From IMG/VR virus record IMGVR_UViG_3300046057_000051: 64,000 nt of DNA; one strand, given 5' to 3'. This document shows positions 55,046 to 64,000 of the stretch, piece by piece. Every line of letters begins with the position of its first letter. Position 1 is the stretch's first letter. This DNA comes from a virus. The notes under the pieces are model-generated. The model was not told the origin of the DNA. It saw nothing but the letters and a program-made list of their open reading frames with translations, and made no database searches. Made by a program: the position numbers and the translations under genes.

Positions 55046-55717
55046 ATGGAGACCCGACACCAACTATCCCCATCCACCCCCGGACCAGTCACATACCTGA
55101 AAGAACTCATCGAGGTCCTCCGACCCTGGGTGTACTTCCTCTGGGTCCCCGCACTCGCCTACCCCGGCATCCTCTACACCCACACCCACGGACCACCCCT
55201 CCCCTGGACACTCTACGCGCTCTGTTTCGCCGGCATCTTCTCAGCCATGTGTACCCAGCATTTCTTCCACGTCGCCGGCGGCTCCACCTCGACTATCGAG
55301 ACACACATCCCGAAACAAGCCCTCGCCGCCTTCGGCTTCATCGCCGCCGCCCCACTCCTCGCCATCGTCGCCGTGTTCGCCATCCTCCGCGGCCTCGCCG
55401 TCGTCGCCCTGTTCGTCGCCGCCGGCGCCTGCCTCGTCGGCTACGCCGTCCCCCACGTGAAAACCGAATGGTACTGGGGCATCGGGAACGCCCTCGTCGC
55501 CGTCGGCACCTACTACGTCCTCACCGGCGGCTTCACCGCCGGCCTCATCGCCGGCGCCACCGCCATCGCCTGCCTCTACTACAACATGCTCCACTCCGCC
55601 CGCCTCGCCGAAGGCGACTACGCCGACGCCGACGGGAAAGCCGAGAAAGGCTACTACACCCAGCGATACGCCTTTTTCATCGGAGCAACACTTTTGCCAC
55701 TGTCCTTCGTCCTCTAA
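55046..55717 (+). CDS. Multi-TM protein, UbiA prenyltransferase-like (degenerate)
   Basis: LIEVLRPW N-terminal motif, 6-7 TM segments, EGDYADADG at the second-motif position; first motif reads QHFFH rather than NDxxD. Confidence 0.5.
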   Translation: METRHQLSPSTPGPVTYLKELIEVLRPWVYFLWVPALAYPGILYTHTHGPPLPWTLYALCFAGIFSAMCTQHFFHVAGGSTSTIETHIPKQALAAFGFIAAAPLLAIVAVFAILRGLAVVALFVAAGACLVGYAVPHVKTEWYWGIGNALVAVGTYYVLTGGFTAGLIAGATAIACLYYNMLHSARLAEGDYADADGKAEKGYYTQRYAFFIGATLLPLSFVL

Positions 55718-55729
55718 TTCAACCCATCC

Positions 55730-56107
55730 ATGTCACAGACCCCCAAGACCCTCGACGCGCTCGACCTCACCCACGAAACCGACCCCTCGCTCGACTCCCG
55801 CGGCGAAACCGACTTCCGGGAACTACTCGACGACGAGAACATCACCATCCAGCGCGTCACCATTCCCCCGGGTTGCACCGAGGACGCCCACTGGCACGAC
55901 GCCGACACCTACATCTACCACCTCCAGGGGCGCGTCGAAGTCAAATTCATGGACCCCGACGGCAACACCGTCACCCACCACCCCGAGATGGGCGACCTCC
56001 TCAAAATCCCCGCCTACGTCATCCACGAGCCCAGCGTCATCAGCGGCGACCCCGTCGAGACCGTGGCGATGCGCGTCGGCGACGACGTAGAAACCACCTA
56101 CCACTAA
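55730..56107 (+). CDS. Cupin-domain protein
   Basis: HWHDADTYIYHLQG...G.....IP....HEP. Confidence 0.85.
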   Translation: MSQTPKTLDALDLTHETDPSLDSRGETDFRELLDDENITIQRVTIPPGCTEDAHWHDADTYIYHLQGRVEVKFMDPDGNTVTHHPEMGDLLKIPAYVIHEPSVISGDPVETVAMRVGDDVETTYH

Positions 56108-56112
56108 CCGCG

Positions 56113-56634
56113 CTACTCCTCCACCCACTCGGTGCGGAACTCCCGCCGGACATGCGCCCCGAACCGCTCGAACAACTCCAGCGACGACTCGACTCCGTAC
56201 CGACGGTCGCCCGCGTCGTCGTCCACAACCACCTCCTCATCGGTCGCTACCGTCGGCCGCCACCCCAACAGCAAGTGCGGCCGCGGCACCCGGTGGGGGT
56301 CGCCGTAGTTCACCAGCACCGTCCCGGTATCCGGGAGCGGCGACCGCGTCGCACACATCCGTAACCGCTGCAACTGCTCGGGGTCCTCGGACGGATGCGT
56401 CGGGAACACGGCATCGTCGAGGACGCCGTACCTGATGGTCGCCTCGTATATCTCGCCGCCGTCCAGACTGATACTCGACCGAATCGGTTGCGTACCGGGG
56501 AACGGCGACGCGAAATCTATATTCGCATCCCGGTCACGAGCCCATATCTCCGTGACCGTGATGTCCTCTGCGCCCCACGCTCGCGCCCACCGCTCGACGC
56601 TGGGCGCCGCCGGCACCCCGGAGTCAGACGACAT
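56113..56634 (-). CDS. Hypothetical protein
   Basis: 173 aa, overlapping operon. Confidence 0.65.
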   Translation of the reverse strand: MSSDSGVPAAPSVERWARAWGAEDITVTEIWARDRDANIDFASPFPGTQPIRSSISLDGGEIYEATIRYGVLDDAVFPTHPSEDPEQLQRLRMCATRSPLPDTGTVLVNYGDPHRVPRPHLLLGWRPTVATDEEVVVDDDAGDRRYGVESSLELFERFGAHVRREFRTEWVEE

Positions 56635-57106
56635 CCGAAAGCACCTCGTTGAACCGTTCGCCGGCCTCGTACACCTTCTCTAAGAACGCCGCCATGTCGA
56701 TGACGAGGTCCTCGTTCCGGTCGATGTCGTAATGTATCGCGTGCTGGTTCTCCACGACGAGGTTCAACCTGACTCGTCCACTCCCGGAGAGGCTGACCGC
56801 ATCCCACGCCGCCTCCCCGGCCTCGACCGCCGTGTCACTGTCGAATCGGTGTTCGGGCGCCTGCGGGTACCGGATGGCGATTTCACCCACGGTGTACTCC
56901 CCAAGCGGGTCGGGCTCCATACCCTGCTCCGGTGGTTCGAGGACGATAGCCGACGCGATAGGGCGGGACAGCGTCGTCGGCGGCCGGTCGGGGAGATGGA
57001 ACTCCAATGAGTATCGGCCGAGCCCGGCTTCCCGCAGCGTCGGCTCGCCGAACCCGAGGCGTTGCGCGCGGCGCTGAAGTCGCTGCGGTTGAACCGTCTG
57101 TCCCAT
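56624..57106 (-). CDS. Hypothetical protein
   Basis: 160 aa, coupled to neighbours. Confidence 0.7.
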   Translation of the reverse strand: MGQTVQPQRLQRRAQRLGFGEPTLREAGLGRYSLEFHLPDRPPTTLSRPIASAIVLEPPEQGMEPDPLGEYTVGEIAIRYPQAPEHRFDSDTAVEAGEAAWDAVSLSGSGRVRLNLVVENQHAIHYDIDRNEDLVIDMAAFLEKVYEAGERFNEVLSDVV

Positions 57107-57654
57107 TATTTATAGACGATTTTCGTGCGGTCGAAATATCTGTTCCTGTATTCTTTGTACGTTTCGACGAGGAAATCGGCGAAGTCGTCGGCGCCGACTT
57201 CGACGGGCGCGATGCCGCCGTACTCGACGTGCGGCCACCATGCTTTCACGCCGCCCGGCGAGCCGAGATTCCGTATCTCCCCGGGCTGGATGCGGACATC
57301 GAGGTGTTTCTCCGGGAGGCGGATGCCGATGCGTTCCTCCGCCGCGAGCGTGGCGGCCATCTCTCGCATCCCGGCGAGGAGTTGCGGTTCGGCGACATCG
57401 TCGGCGGGCAGCGGCGGATACCGAATGACGAACGTTTCGACCATGCCGTCCGGCCTGATGATGACGGATGTTTTGCCGCTGCCGGACATCCGCCGCTGGC
57501 CGATTTCGACCATTGCGCCCTCCGGGAATCCGAGGTCGAAGTCGATGGCTTCGGCGTCCCCATCCGCCCGCGTCCGCTGGATGTTCACGGCGCTCTCAAT
57601 CCGGTGTAGGCGGCGGGAGAGGCGGTTCGCTGCCTGCTCTGCCGGCGTCGTCAT
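57106..57654 (-). CDS. Hypothetical protein
   Basis: 182 aa; TATA-like box immediately upstream. Confidence 0.7.
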   Translation of the reverse strand: MTTPAEQAANRLSRRLHRIESAVNIQRTRADGDAEAIDFDLGFPEGAMVEIGQRRMSGSGKTSVIIRPDGMVETFVIRYPPLPADDVAEPQLLAGMREMAATLAAEERIGIRLPEKHLDVRIQPGEIRNLGSPGGVKAWWPHVEYGGIAPVEVGADDFADFLVETYKEYRNRYFDRTKIVYK

Positions 57655-57738
57655 CTATACAGGGGTTCCGGGCGGGAGACTGTAAACCCCGGTGTCGGGC
57701 CGTACCTTCACGTATCTACGGCGAGTAACTGGACGGAA

Positions 57739-58473
57739 ATGGCCCGAGCCGTTATCGCCGGCGACCTCCACCTCTACTACGACCGGACGAACGTCGAAGC
57801 CGTCGAGGCCTTCACGTCGATGCTCGCCGACGACCCGCCCGACCTCCTGGTGCTGGGCGGCGACATCTACGAGTTGTGGCGTCGGGACCTCTCCGGGGCG
57901 CCGTGGATGGCGAGCGACTTCACCGACACCCTCGTCGGCCTCCGGGACCGCGGCGTAAACGTGGTGTACGTCGCTGGGAACCACGACGACTACCTCCTCC
58001 GACACCTCTCACACGACGCCCGCTACCCGTTCGAGCCCGTGCTGGATTACCGCGTCACGTTCGGCTCGACCGACCTGTTCGTCACGCACGGCCACAAGTA
58101 CGAGCCGTCCTATAACCCCGTGACGAACGACGCCCTCGCGTTGACCGACGACCACGCCGGCCGCGTCGCCGACTGGCTGTACTCGAACCGCCCGCTCGCC
58201 GAGACACCGCCGGACAGGCTCCTCGCCTTCATCGCCGGGCCGTCAGCGTCGTACTTCGACCCCGAAGCCCTCGCCAACAACAAATTTCGACGCCGCGCGG
58301 TCGAGACAGGTATCCGCGAGGAAACGGAGGCCGGCGAATGGGGCGTCTACGGCCACACACACATCCCCGGACTCGACGCCGAGGACCGGATTGCGAACTG
58401 GGGGAGTATGACCGCCGGGCGGCGGACATACGTCGAGGTCGAGGACGGCGAGGTCCGGCTCCGGGAGGTTTAG
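57739..58473 (+). CDS. Calcineurin-like metallophosphoesterase (LpxH-like)
   Basis: GDLH, GGDIYE, GNHD, HGH, GHTH, NWGS. Confidence 0.9.
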   Translation: MARAVIAGDLHLYYDRTNVEAVEAFTSMLADDPPDLLVLGGDIYELWRRDLSGAPWMASDFTDTLVGLRDRGVNVVYVAGNHDDYLLRHLSHDARYPFEPVLDYRVTFGSTDLFVTHGHKYEPSYNPVTNDALALTDDHAGRVADWLYSNRPLAETPPDRLLAFIAGPSASYFDPEALANNKFRRRAVETGIREETEAGEWGVYGHTHIPGLDAEDRIANWGSMTAGRRTYVEVEDGEVRLREV

Positions 58474-59042
58474 GGGTACTCGCGGTAGTGCGGGTGGCTG
58501 GTCCACTCGATGTCGCCGAGCGGCTCGACCGCGGCGACCCGCCAGTCGAACCACAACGTCGATTCAACGTCCCACCCGTACAGCGTCACCGTCTCGTTCG
58601 ACGCCAACCGCGTCTCCCGCTGACCCTCCGCCGTCAACCAGATGCCATCGTGGTAGTCGCTCGCAGCCTCGAAGTCGATGGCGGGGCCGTCGTAGATGAC
58701 TTGATGCGTCTCTCGGGGATACACGTCCACGATGTCGGCGAGGTCCCCTCTGTCGTCGATGACGAGTAGTTCCGTGCCGGCGGTCGGCGTGAGCCTCCAG
58801 GCTTTCTCGCTGCCGTCGTAGAAGTTCTCGCCGGCCGCCCACGACACCCACGACGATAGTGTTTCGTCGTCGGTGTGCGTCGAGGTCCAGAGGCCGCCGC
58901 TCGGTTTCCGCAGGTTCGCCTCCTTGTTCTCAATCGGGTCCATGTCGCCGCGCGCCGGGCGTTCGTCGGAAACGTAGCATTGGGCGCCGTATGCATCGTC
59001 CGTATCGACGGATACCGTGGGGAGGCCGTCTCGGTCCGTCAT
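58470..59042 (-). CDS. Hypothetical protein, possibly ADP-ribosyltransferase-fold
   Basis: KPSGGLWTS, YHDGIWLT, GWDVES. Confidence 0.6.
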   Translation of the reverse strand: MTDRDGLPTVSVDTDDAYGAQCYVSDERPARGDMDPIENKEANLRKPSGGLWTSTHTDDETLSSWVSWAAGENFYDGSEKAWRLTPTAGTELLVIDDRGDLADIVDVYPRETHQVIYDGPAIDFEAASDYHDGIWLTAEGQRETRLASNETVTLYGWDVESTLWFDWRVAAVEPLGDIEWTSHPHYREYP

Positions 59043-59057
59043 TTATTGATATAGGGG

Positions 59058-59429
59058 TTACGATATGTTGAGTGGGGCATACGTTGAGACGAGGACGTTC
59101 TCCTGGCTCGCCGGCACCTCGAAATCCCGGCAGGTGTCCACGATGATGCGCGTCAACCGGGGTAGCTGGTCGGCCGAAATCGTCGTTTCCTGTAGCTGGA
59201 ACGTCAACTCGTTCAGGGCGTTGGGCTCCATCGGTTCGCCGAAGGCTATCGACACGTCCTGGTGGACGAAGATGGGTTCCGGGGTGATGCCCGCCTCGCG
59301 GGCCTTCTTCGAGACCGACGCCTGGATGGTGTCCTCGTGGCCCGGCGACAGTTCCTCTACGTCCTGGACGAACGTGACGATGATTTCGAGCTTCGCGGTC
59401 GGGGTCGGCGGGGGGTCGAGGCCGCTCAT
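59058..59429 (-). CDS. Hypothetical protein
   Basis: 123 aa, operon. Confidence 0.7.
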   Translation of the reverse strand: MSGLDPPPTPTAKLEIIVTFVQDVEELSPGHEDTIQASVSKKAREAGITPEPIFVHQDVSIAFGEPMEPNALNELTFQLQETTISADQLPRLTRIIVDTCRDFEVPASQENVLVSTYAPLNIS

Positions 59430-59986
59430 ACGTCGTCCTCCGAAGCTCCCAACTTAATGGTTCGCTCGCGGATGGATGCCTTCTCGCGGTCGTACACCCG
59501 CATGAATCGCCGGTACCAGTCGGTGAACTCCTTGATGTCCAGGCGGGCGTTGACTTCCACGTGGACGATGTCGTCGCCCTCGCGGGTGAGGTGGTCCCCG
59601 GCCATGCTCCGCATCCGCACGTACAATCCGGCGTCGTCATCTATCGTACTGGCCGTCGTCGGCGGGTCCGCTGTGTCGATGAGTTTCTCGACTTCGACTT
59701 TCGCCAAGAACAGGTCGGCGCCCTCGGGGAGCGCGAGGTCGCCGAGTCGGATTGTGCCGGTCACGACCTCCGCGTTCGTCGTGTCCACGACGACGCTGGA
59801 CCCGTACCTGCCGGCGCTGGCTTTCGCCATCAGGTTCAGGCCCATGTCGGTGGTGGTCGAGAAGTCGATGGTTAGTCGGCCGACCGTCGTGGTTTCGTTG
59901 TGGACCTCGCCCGTCTCGTTGATGGCGTCCCGGAGGTCCTCGATACAGTCCGGCATCCCGTCGATGTGTTCGGGTACTATCGGCAT
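59426..59986 (-). CDS. Hypothetical protein
   Basis: 186 aa, ATGA-coupled. Confidence 0.7.
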   Translation of the reverse strand: MPIVPEHIDGMPDCIEDLRDAINETGEVHNETTTVGRLTIDFSTTTDMGLNLMAKASAGRYGSSVVVDTTNAEVVTGTIRLGDLALPEGADLFLAKVEVEKLIDTADPPTTASTIDDDAGLYVRMRSMAGDHLTREGDDIVHVEVNARLDIKEFTDWYRRFMRVYDREKASIRERTIKLGASEDDV

Positions 59987-60606
59987 TACATCACCGCCCG
60001 TGCGCCGCGTTCGGCGTAATCGGTCGCGTCCTCCACGAGTCGTTTGGCTTCCCGTTCGCTTTCGACGTTCTCGAAGCGGACGTGTACGTCCTGCATGTCG
60101 CGGACGGCGTTACGGGCCTCGGTCGCCGGGAGTGCGTCGGCGTACCGTTCCGCGAACTCGACGGGCTTGACGCGGGTCACGCGGCCGTAGTTGTCGTCGG
60201 CCCACTTACGGACCTCCCCTTCCCAGTCGCGCGGCACCGGCACCCGGATGGGGACGAACGACGCCGCGCCGTCCGCGTTTTCTCGCATCTCGAAGGTGTA
60301 CCACGACCCGACGGTGGTGTAGGGCGTGCCCGCGAGGGCGACCTCGCGTACTTTATCGTCGTGGAAATCCATGAAGGGACTCGTCGTCATCGTAGGGCCG
60401 AGCGCGCCCATGTTACTATGCCAGTCCCGCCAGTTGTCCTCGCTCCAGGTCCCGTGGCGGTAGTATTTCTCCTGGTTCCGGCCGGGGTTCGTGATGTAGA
60501 TAAGTTTCTGGTCGTCAGGCCAGTAGATGCGGGGGGAGGCCCTGATGTGGTTCCACACCCAGTCAGCGAAGTGCATGTCGAGGACGAAATCGTCTGTGGT
60601 GCCCAT
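59986..60606 (-). CDS. Hypothetical protein
   Basis: 206 aa, Trp-rich, coupled. Confidence 0.7.
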   Translation of the reverse strand: MGTTDDFVLDMHFADWVWNHIRASPRIYWPDDQKLIYITNPGRNQEKYYRHGTWSEDNWRDWHSNMGALGPTMTTSPFMDFHDDKVREVALAGTPYTTVGSWYTFEMRENADGAASFVPIRVPVPRDWEGEVRKWADDNYGRVTRVKPVEFAERYADALPATEARNAVRDMQDVHVRFENVESEREAKRLVEDATDYAERGARAVM

Positions 60607-60730
60607 CGTTATCCCCTTTTTGTGGCGGGTTTAGTTAGAGGTGGGGGGAACGCTGTAACATGTGGCGGACTAAGTTAGGAGCGAGGCGGATATTCGTAAG
60701 ACATAAGACAAATTGCCACCAATTGCTTCT

Positions 60731-61375
60731 ATGGGTGACACGAGTATCACCGTCGGTGAGGACACCAAGGAACGACTCGGCGACCACCGCGCCCCCGGAC
60801 ATGGCTCCTGGAGCGACGTACTGGACGGCATGATGGAGATACTCCCGACCGTCCAGGATGTCGAGATGGGCTGTGACCACTGCGGCGAGGTGCGGCCCCA
60901 CGGGCGCGCCGTCGAGGACGCCGGCGGCGTCGTCCAGTTCTTCCACGGCGAGTACGAGGGCAACGACGTGTACGGGTCGCGGTACTTCTGTTCGGCCGGA
61001 TGCGCCCACGACGCCCAGCAGGAGGTTGAGGCGATGGTTCCATCGGAGCCCGACGAGGTACTGGTCGGCGGCGACGCCGAGCCGCGAGCGCACGTCGAGG
61101 GCGCGGTGTTCTACATCGACGGCCACACGAGAGAGGTCAGCTTCCCCCACCCCGGCACGTTCGGCGGCACCGACAGCCACGGGAACGAGTACGACTACGA
61201 GGGCGAGCCGGTCTACATCCGTAACAACGGCGACATCGTCCAGGACGGCGTCGTAGACGACATCATCCACGAGGACGCAGCCACCGCGCTGCTCCTCGGC
61301 CGCGACCACGAGACCGTCATGTCGAACCACCCCGACGACGAGAAGCGACGGGAGTACGCGGACAACAATCGGTAG
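60731..61375 (+). CDS. Protein with an N-terminal RHH-like domain and a Cys finger
   Basis: TSITVGEDTKERL...SWSDVL; CDHCG...FCSAGC. Confidence 0.7.
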   Translation: MGDTSITVGEDTKERLGDHRAPGHGSWSDVLDGMMEILPTVQDVEMGCDHCGEVRPHGRAVEDAGGVVQFFHGEYEGNDVYGSRYFCSAGCAHDAQQEVEAMVPSEPDEVLVGGDAEPRAHVEGAVFYIDGHTREVSFPHPGTFGGTDSHGNEYDYEGEPVYIRNNGDIVQDGVVDDIIHEDAATALLLGRDHETVMSNHPDDEKRREYADNNR

Positions 61376-61389
61376 GCTGCCCGCGCCCG

Positions 61390-61668
61390 CTACGCCTCGA
61401 TGTCGCCGTACCGCTCCTCGAACGTGAACCGCCGACCGAACGGGGTAAGCGTCAACCGGGCGGTCCCGCCATCCAGCCCGCGCACGAGGCCGTCGTTCAT
61501 CCACGTCCGAACCAACTGTTGCTCCCGGTGCTTCGGGATGCCCATATTCTGCGCGACGGGGTAGACCGACGCTACCCCGCGATTGGCTTGAATCGCGTGT
61601 TTCACCTCCCGCCAGAATCGGGCTTCTTGCTTGGTGTACTCCCGTCCGAGTTCGTCCGAGTATGGCAT
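61390..61668 (-). CDS. Small winged-helix-like protein
   Basis: VYPVAQNMGIP...W..DGLV...LTLTPFG. Confidence 0.6.
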   Translation of the reverse strand: MPYSDELGREYTKQEARFWREVKHAIQANRGVASVYPVAQNMGIPKHREQQLVRTWMNDGLVRGLDGGTARLTLTPFGRRFTFEERYGDIEA

Positions 61669-61671
61669 GGG

Positions 61672-62397
61672 TTAGGTTCCTCCAAAACAGTCGTTGAGCG
61701 TCGCAGCCTCGATTTCGTCGCTATACGTGAACTCCCGGTCCACACACTCCTGGACCCGTTCGAGGAGTACCACACACCCCCATTTGCCGCTGTCGCCACC
61801 CGCGCCCTCGTGGGGGCACACGCCATCGTACTCGGGGTACAACAGGTGGTTGAGCGGCTGCGTGCCGTGGGAGTTCCGACCGCGGCTGATGTTCCGGTTC
61901 GCGGTTTTCGCGGCCTGGATGGCGTCCTGGACGAACTCGTCCGAATCGTACCCCCACGTCTCGCGTAACTCCGGTGTGTCCCCGAGCAGCGGGACGATGC
62001 CATGCCCGAGCCTGTCGTTCCCATCGGCAACCCTCGGATGGCCGCCGAACCCGCCGGTTAACGTCAACCGGAGGGACGCGCCGCGCTCCTCGACGTACTC
62101 CCACGACACCTCGCCGCTGCGAGCCTGGGCGGCGACGAGCGACAGCTTCCGGGAGAAATCGTTCAATAGTTGCGTCGCGTCCCTCGTCCGCGGCTGAATC
62201 GGGGTCTCCACGGGGTTCGCCAGCCGGTATATCTCGCTCGACTTGAACCGGCGGTCCTCGTTGTTCCGCGTGGCGGCCGATTTCGTGCGGAACGTGTAGA
62301 CGCCGGCGCCGAGACCCCCGGTCGAGCGCCGGAAGTGGAACCGTCGCGGCCACGTCTCCCCAATCGACGGGACGCCCTTGCGCCACAACTCCATCAT
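61672..62397 (-). CDS. Hypothetical protein, possibly ADP-ribosyltransferase-fold
   Basis: STGGLGAGVYTF, YDGV; MMELW start at 62397. Confidence 0.6.
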   Translation of the reverse strand: MMELWRKGVPSIGETWPRRFHFRRSTGGLGAGVYTFRTKSAATRNNEDRRFKSSEIYRLANPVETPIQPRTRDATQLLNDFSRKLSLVAAQARSGEVSWEYVEERGASLRLTLTGGFGGHPRVADGNDRLGHGIVPLLGDTPELRETWGYDSDEFVQDAIQAAKTANRNISRGRNSHGTQPLNHLLYPEYDGVCPHEGAGGDSGKWGCVVLLERVQECVDREFTYSDEIEAATLNDCFGGT

Positions 62398-62882
62398 CGC
62401 GTGACCACCCCGAACGGGCTGCTCGTCACGATACTCCGATATTGGTCCCACACGTCGCGGAGGTCCAAGAGAACGTCGTCTGCGGGCTGGCGGCGCGGCC
62501 CGCCACGCACAGGATGGACGTGCGGCGTCCATGTGTCGCCGTCAGACGCCAGCAACACGTTCACGTCGTACCCCACCTCCCGGGTGAAGATGCTCTCCAG
62601 GCGGCGTATAACCGCCTCCTCGTCGCCGTTGTCAGCCTGCTGGATGGGCGCGAGCCGTAGCTCCCACTCGTCAACGGTCCGGTCGTCCTCGAAGATGACC
62701 GCAGACCGCTCGACGGCGCCGTACCGGAGCGGGTGTTTTGCCGCCGGCGCCTCGTTCGGCCAGTCGAGCGAGAAGTCGATGGCGTGCATCGAGACGCCGA
62801 TGTTCTCCCTCGACTCAATGGTACTCCCCGGCCACCCGTCGATTTCCTCGACGTACTCCTCGAACACCGCCGGGTCAGCCAT
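62394..62882 (-). CDS. Hypothetical protein
   Basis: MADPAVFEE start at 62882, coupled. Confidence 0.7.
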   Translation of the reverse strand: MADPAVFEEYVEEIDGWPGSTIESRENIGVSMHAIDFSLDWPNEAPAAKHPLRYGAVERSAVIFEDDRTVDEWELRLAPIQQADNGDEEAVIRRLESIFTREVGYDVNVLLASDGDTWTPHVHPVRGGPRRQPADDVLLDLRDVWDQYRSIVTSSPFGVVTR

Positions 62883-63534
62883 CGTCCACCTCGAACTCCA
62901 CCAGCCGCGACTGGCCCGCCTCGGGGGGCTCGTAGATACGGCGCTCGGTCCGCGGGTTGTGTATCCACTCGATGGCATACGGCGGTACGTCGCAATCGCA
63001 CCATATCTCGTGGTTCCGGCGGTTCTGGCCGTCGTAGGACTCGACCTCCTGCCACCATTCTTCCGCACGTTCGTACTGTTTCTCCCGGTCGAACGTGTCG
63101 TGGTCACGGAACGTGTCGTAGTATTTCTTGAATATCTGACCCACCCCTTCGGTCGGCGCAATCGCACACCGACACTCCTCCGGCATCTCGTGGCGGTCCA
63201 CAGCGACGATGACCCCGCCCCACGAGACGCCCGACGCGGACTGTCTCGCCTGATTCTCCGACGGCCAAAAGAAGTTCGCCGGCTGGTGGTGCGGGAACGC
63301 CTCGGCCCCATCGACGGCGCGCTTGGCGTCCGCGATGACCTCGTCGAAGTACCGCTCGGCCTGCACCGTCGCCGACTCGTTCATCGGCGCCATCGGGCCG
63401 GCATCCTCCTCCCGAATTATCTCCCGGTTCTCTTTCCGCGCCGGCGTCTCGGAGTCCGCGACGAGCCCGTCGATGAAGACGCTCTCGGCATCCCTGGCCC
63501 GAGTGACGTGGAACAGGTCAACGGTCACAGACAC
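62875..63534 (-). CDS. ADP-ribosyltransferase-fold protein
   Basis: LFHVT...SVFIDGL, NFFWP, VIVAVD, EIWCDCDVPPYAI follow the H-x-T/GL...E...IP ART pattern. Confidence 0.6.
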   Translation of the reverse strand: MSVTVDLFHVTRARDAESVFIDGLVADSETPARKENREIIREEDAGPMAPMNESATVQAERYFDEVIADAKRAVDGAEAFPHHQPANFFWPSENQARQSASGVSWGGVIVAVDRHEMPEECRCAIAPTEGVGQIFKKYYDTFRDHDTFDREKQYERAEEWWQEVESYDGQNRRNHEIWCDCDVPPYAIEWIHNPRTERRIYEPPEAGQSRLVEFEVDDG

Positions 63535-63656
63535 GCCCTCGCCCGGGTCGTATAGAAGTCCGACAGTCTGGCGGCGCTGTCGGCGAACTCGCTACCGTAG
63601 CATCCCGCGTCGAGCCGGCGGGGCGGTTTCGACACCACCACCGGGCCGCACATCGG

Positions 63657-64000
63657 TTACAGCCCGGGGATGATGCCGAGCGGGTCAACTATCGTCGGCC
63701 CCGGCCCCCGTGCCACGAGCGGCGGCGGGCCGCGGCGGGGAGACGGCGGGCCGCCACCGCCGTCGTCGTCGTCATCCTGGTTCATCTGCGCGAGTAGCGG
63801 GATGATGTCAGCGACGCCGAGGCCGCCGTCCCCACCATCACCGCCGGCGCCGCCGCCGGGCTGCGTTATCGGGGCGACCACGTTGCCGCCGCCGCCACCG
63901 CCGACGCCGCCGCCAGCGGGCGGCTGCTGCTGGCCGGGCGGCTGCCCGCCGGGAGCGCGACCCGGAACGCCTGGGAGGGACGGGAAGCTCCCGCCGCCGC
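63657..64000 (-). CDS. Gly/Pro-rich protein, 5'-truncated by window edge
   Basis: Low-complexity G/P/Q frame ending GPTIVDPLGIIPGL. Confidence 0.55.
   Translation of the reverse strand, partial: GGGSFPSLPGVPGRAPGGQPPGQQQPPAGGGVGGGGGGNVVAPITQPGGGAGGDGGDGGLGVADIIPLLAQMNQDDDDDGGGGPPSPRRGPPPLVARGPGPTIVDPLGIIPGL

Noticed and set aside
1-64000. IS elements/transposases, rRNA, terminase/portal/tail genes
   Set aside because: No supporting motifs, terminal inverted repeats or rRNA signatures were recognised.

Overview
High-GC DNA encoding very acidic proteins, with haloarchaeal-type signals (TATA-like boxes, GGAGGTGA ribosome-binding sites). It looks like part of an extrachromosomal element of Halobacteria, either a virus or a plasmid-like replicon. 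No rRNA, ribosomal-protein, terminase, portal or tail gene is recognisable. Layout: (1) 1-8.7 kb, mostly minus-strand hypothetical, membrane and putative structural genes plus a PAPS-reductase-family gene. (2) 8.9-12.4 kb, an NrS-1-like primase-polymerase/helicase fusion and a palindrome-rich intergenic region. (3) 12.4-23.6 kb, an HTH/coiled-coil protein, an Mrp/ParA-like ATPase, two isoprenoid-synthase-fold genes, a 5x HTH-repeat protein, a HiPIP-like protein, a subtilase and a metzincin-like protease. (4) A tyrosine recombinase, a 28-bp dif-like site and a ~1.6 kb non-coding stretch. (5) The main feature, 27.1-45.5 kb: 39 short co-oriented ORFs, 37 of them immediately preceded by the hairpin-containing motif GCCCC-GAGA-GGGGC-GTGA, 4-8 nt before the start codon. 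I did not find this motif elsewhere in the window. The array lies divergent from the recombinase and behind a single TATA-like box. (6) An intron-containing tRNA-Gln(UUG)-like gene, then DUF932-like, AAA+, wHTH, GT4 glycosyltransferase, thioredoxin-fold, UbiA-like, cupin, metallophosphoesterase and ADP-ribosyltransferase-like genes. All family assignments come from motifs read by eye; no database search was run.
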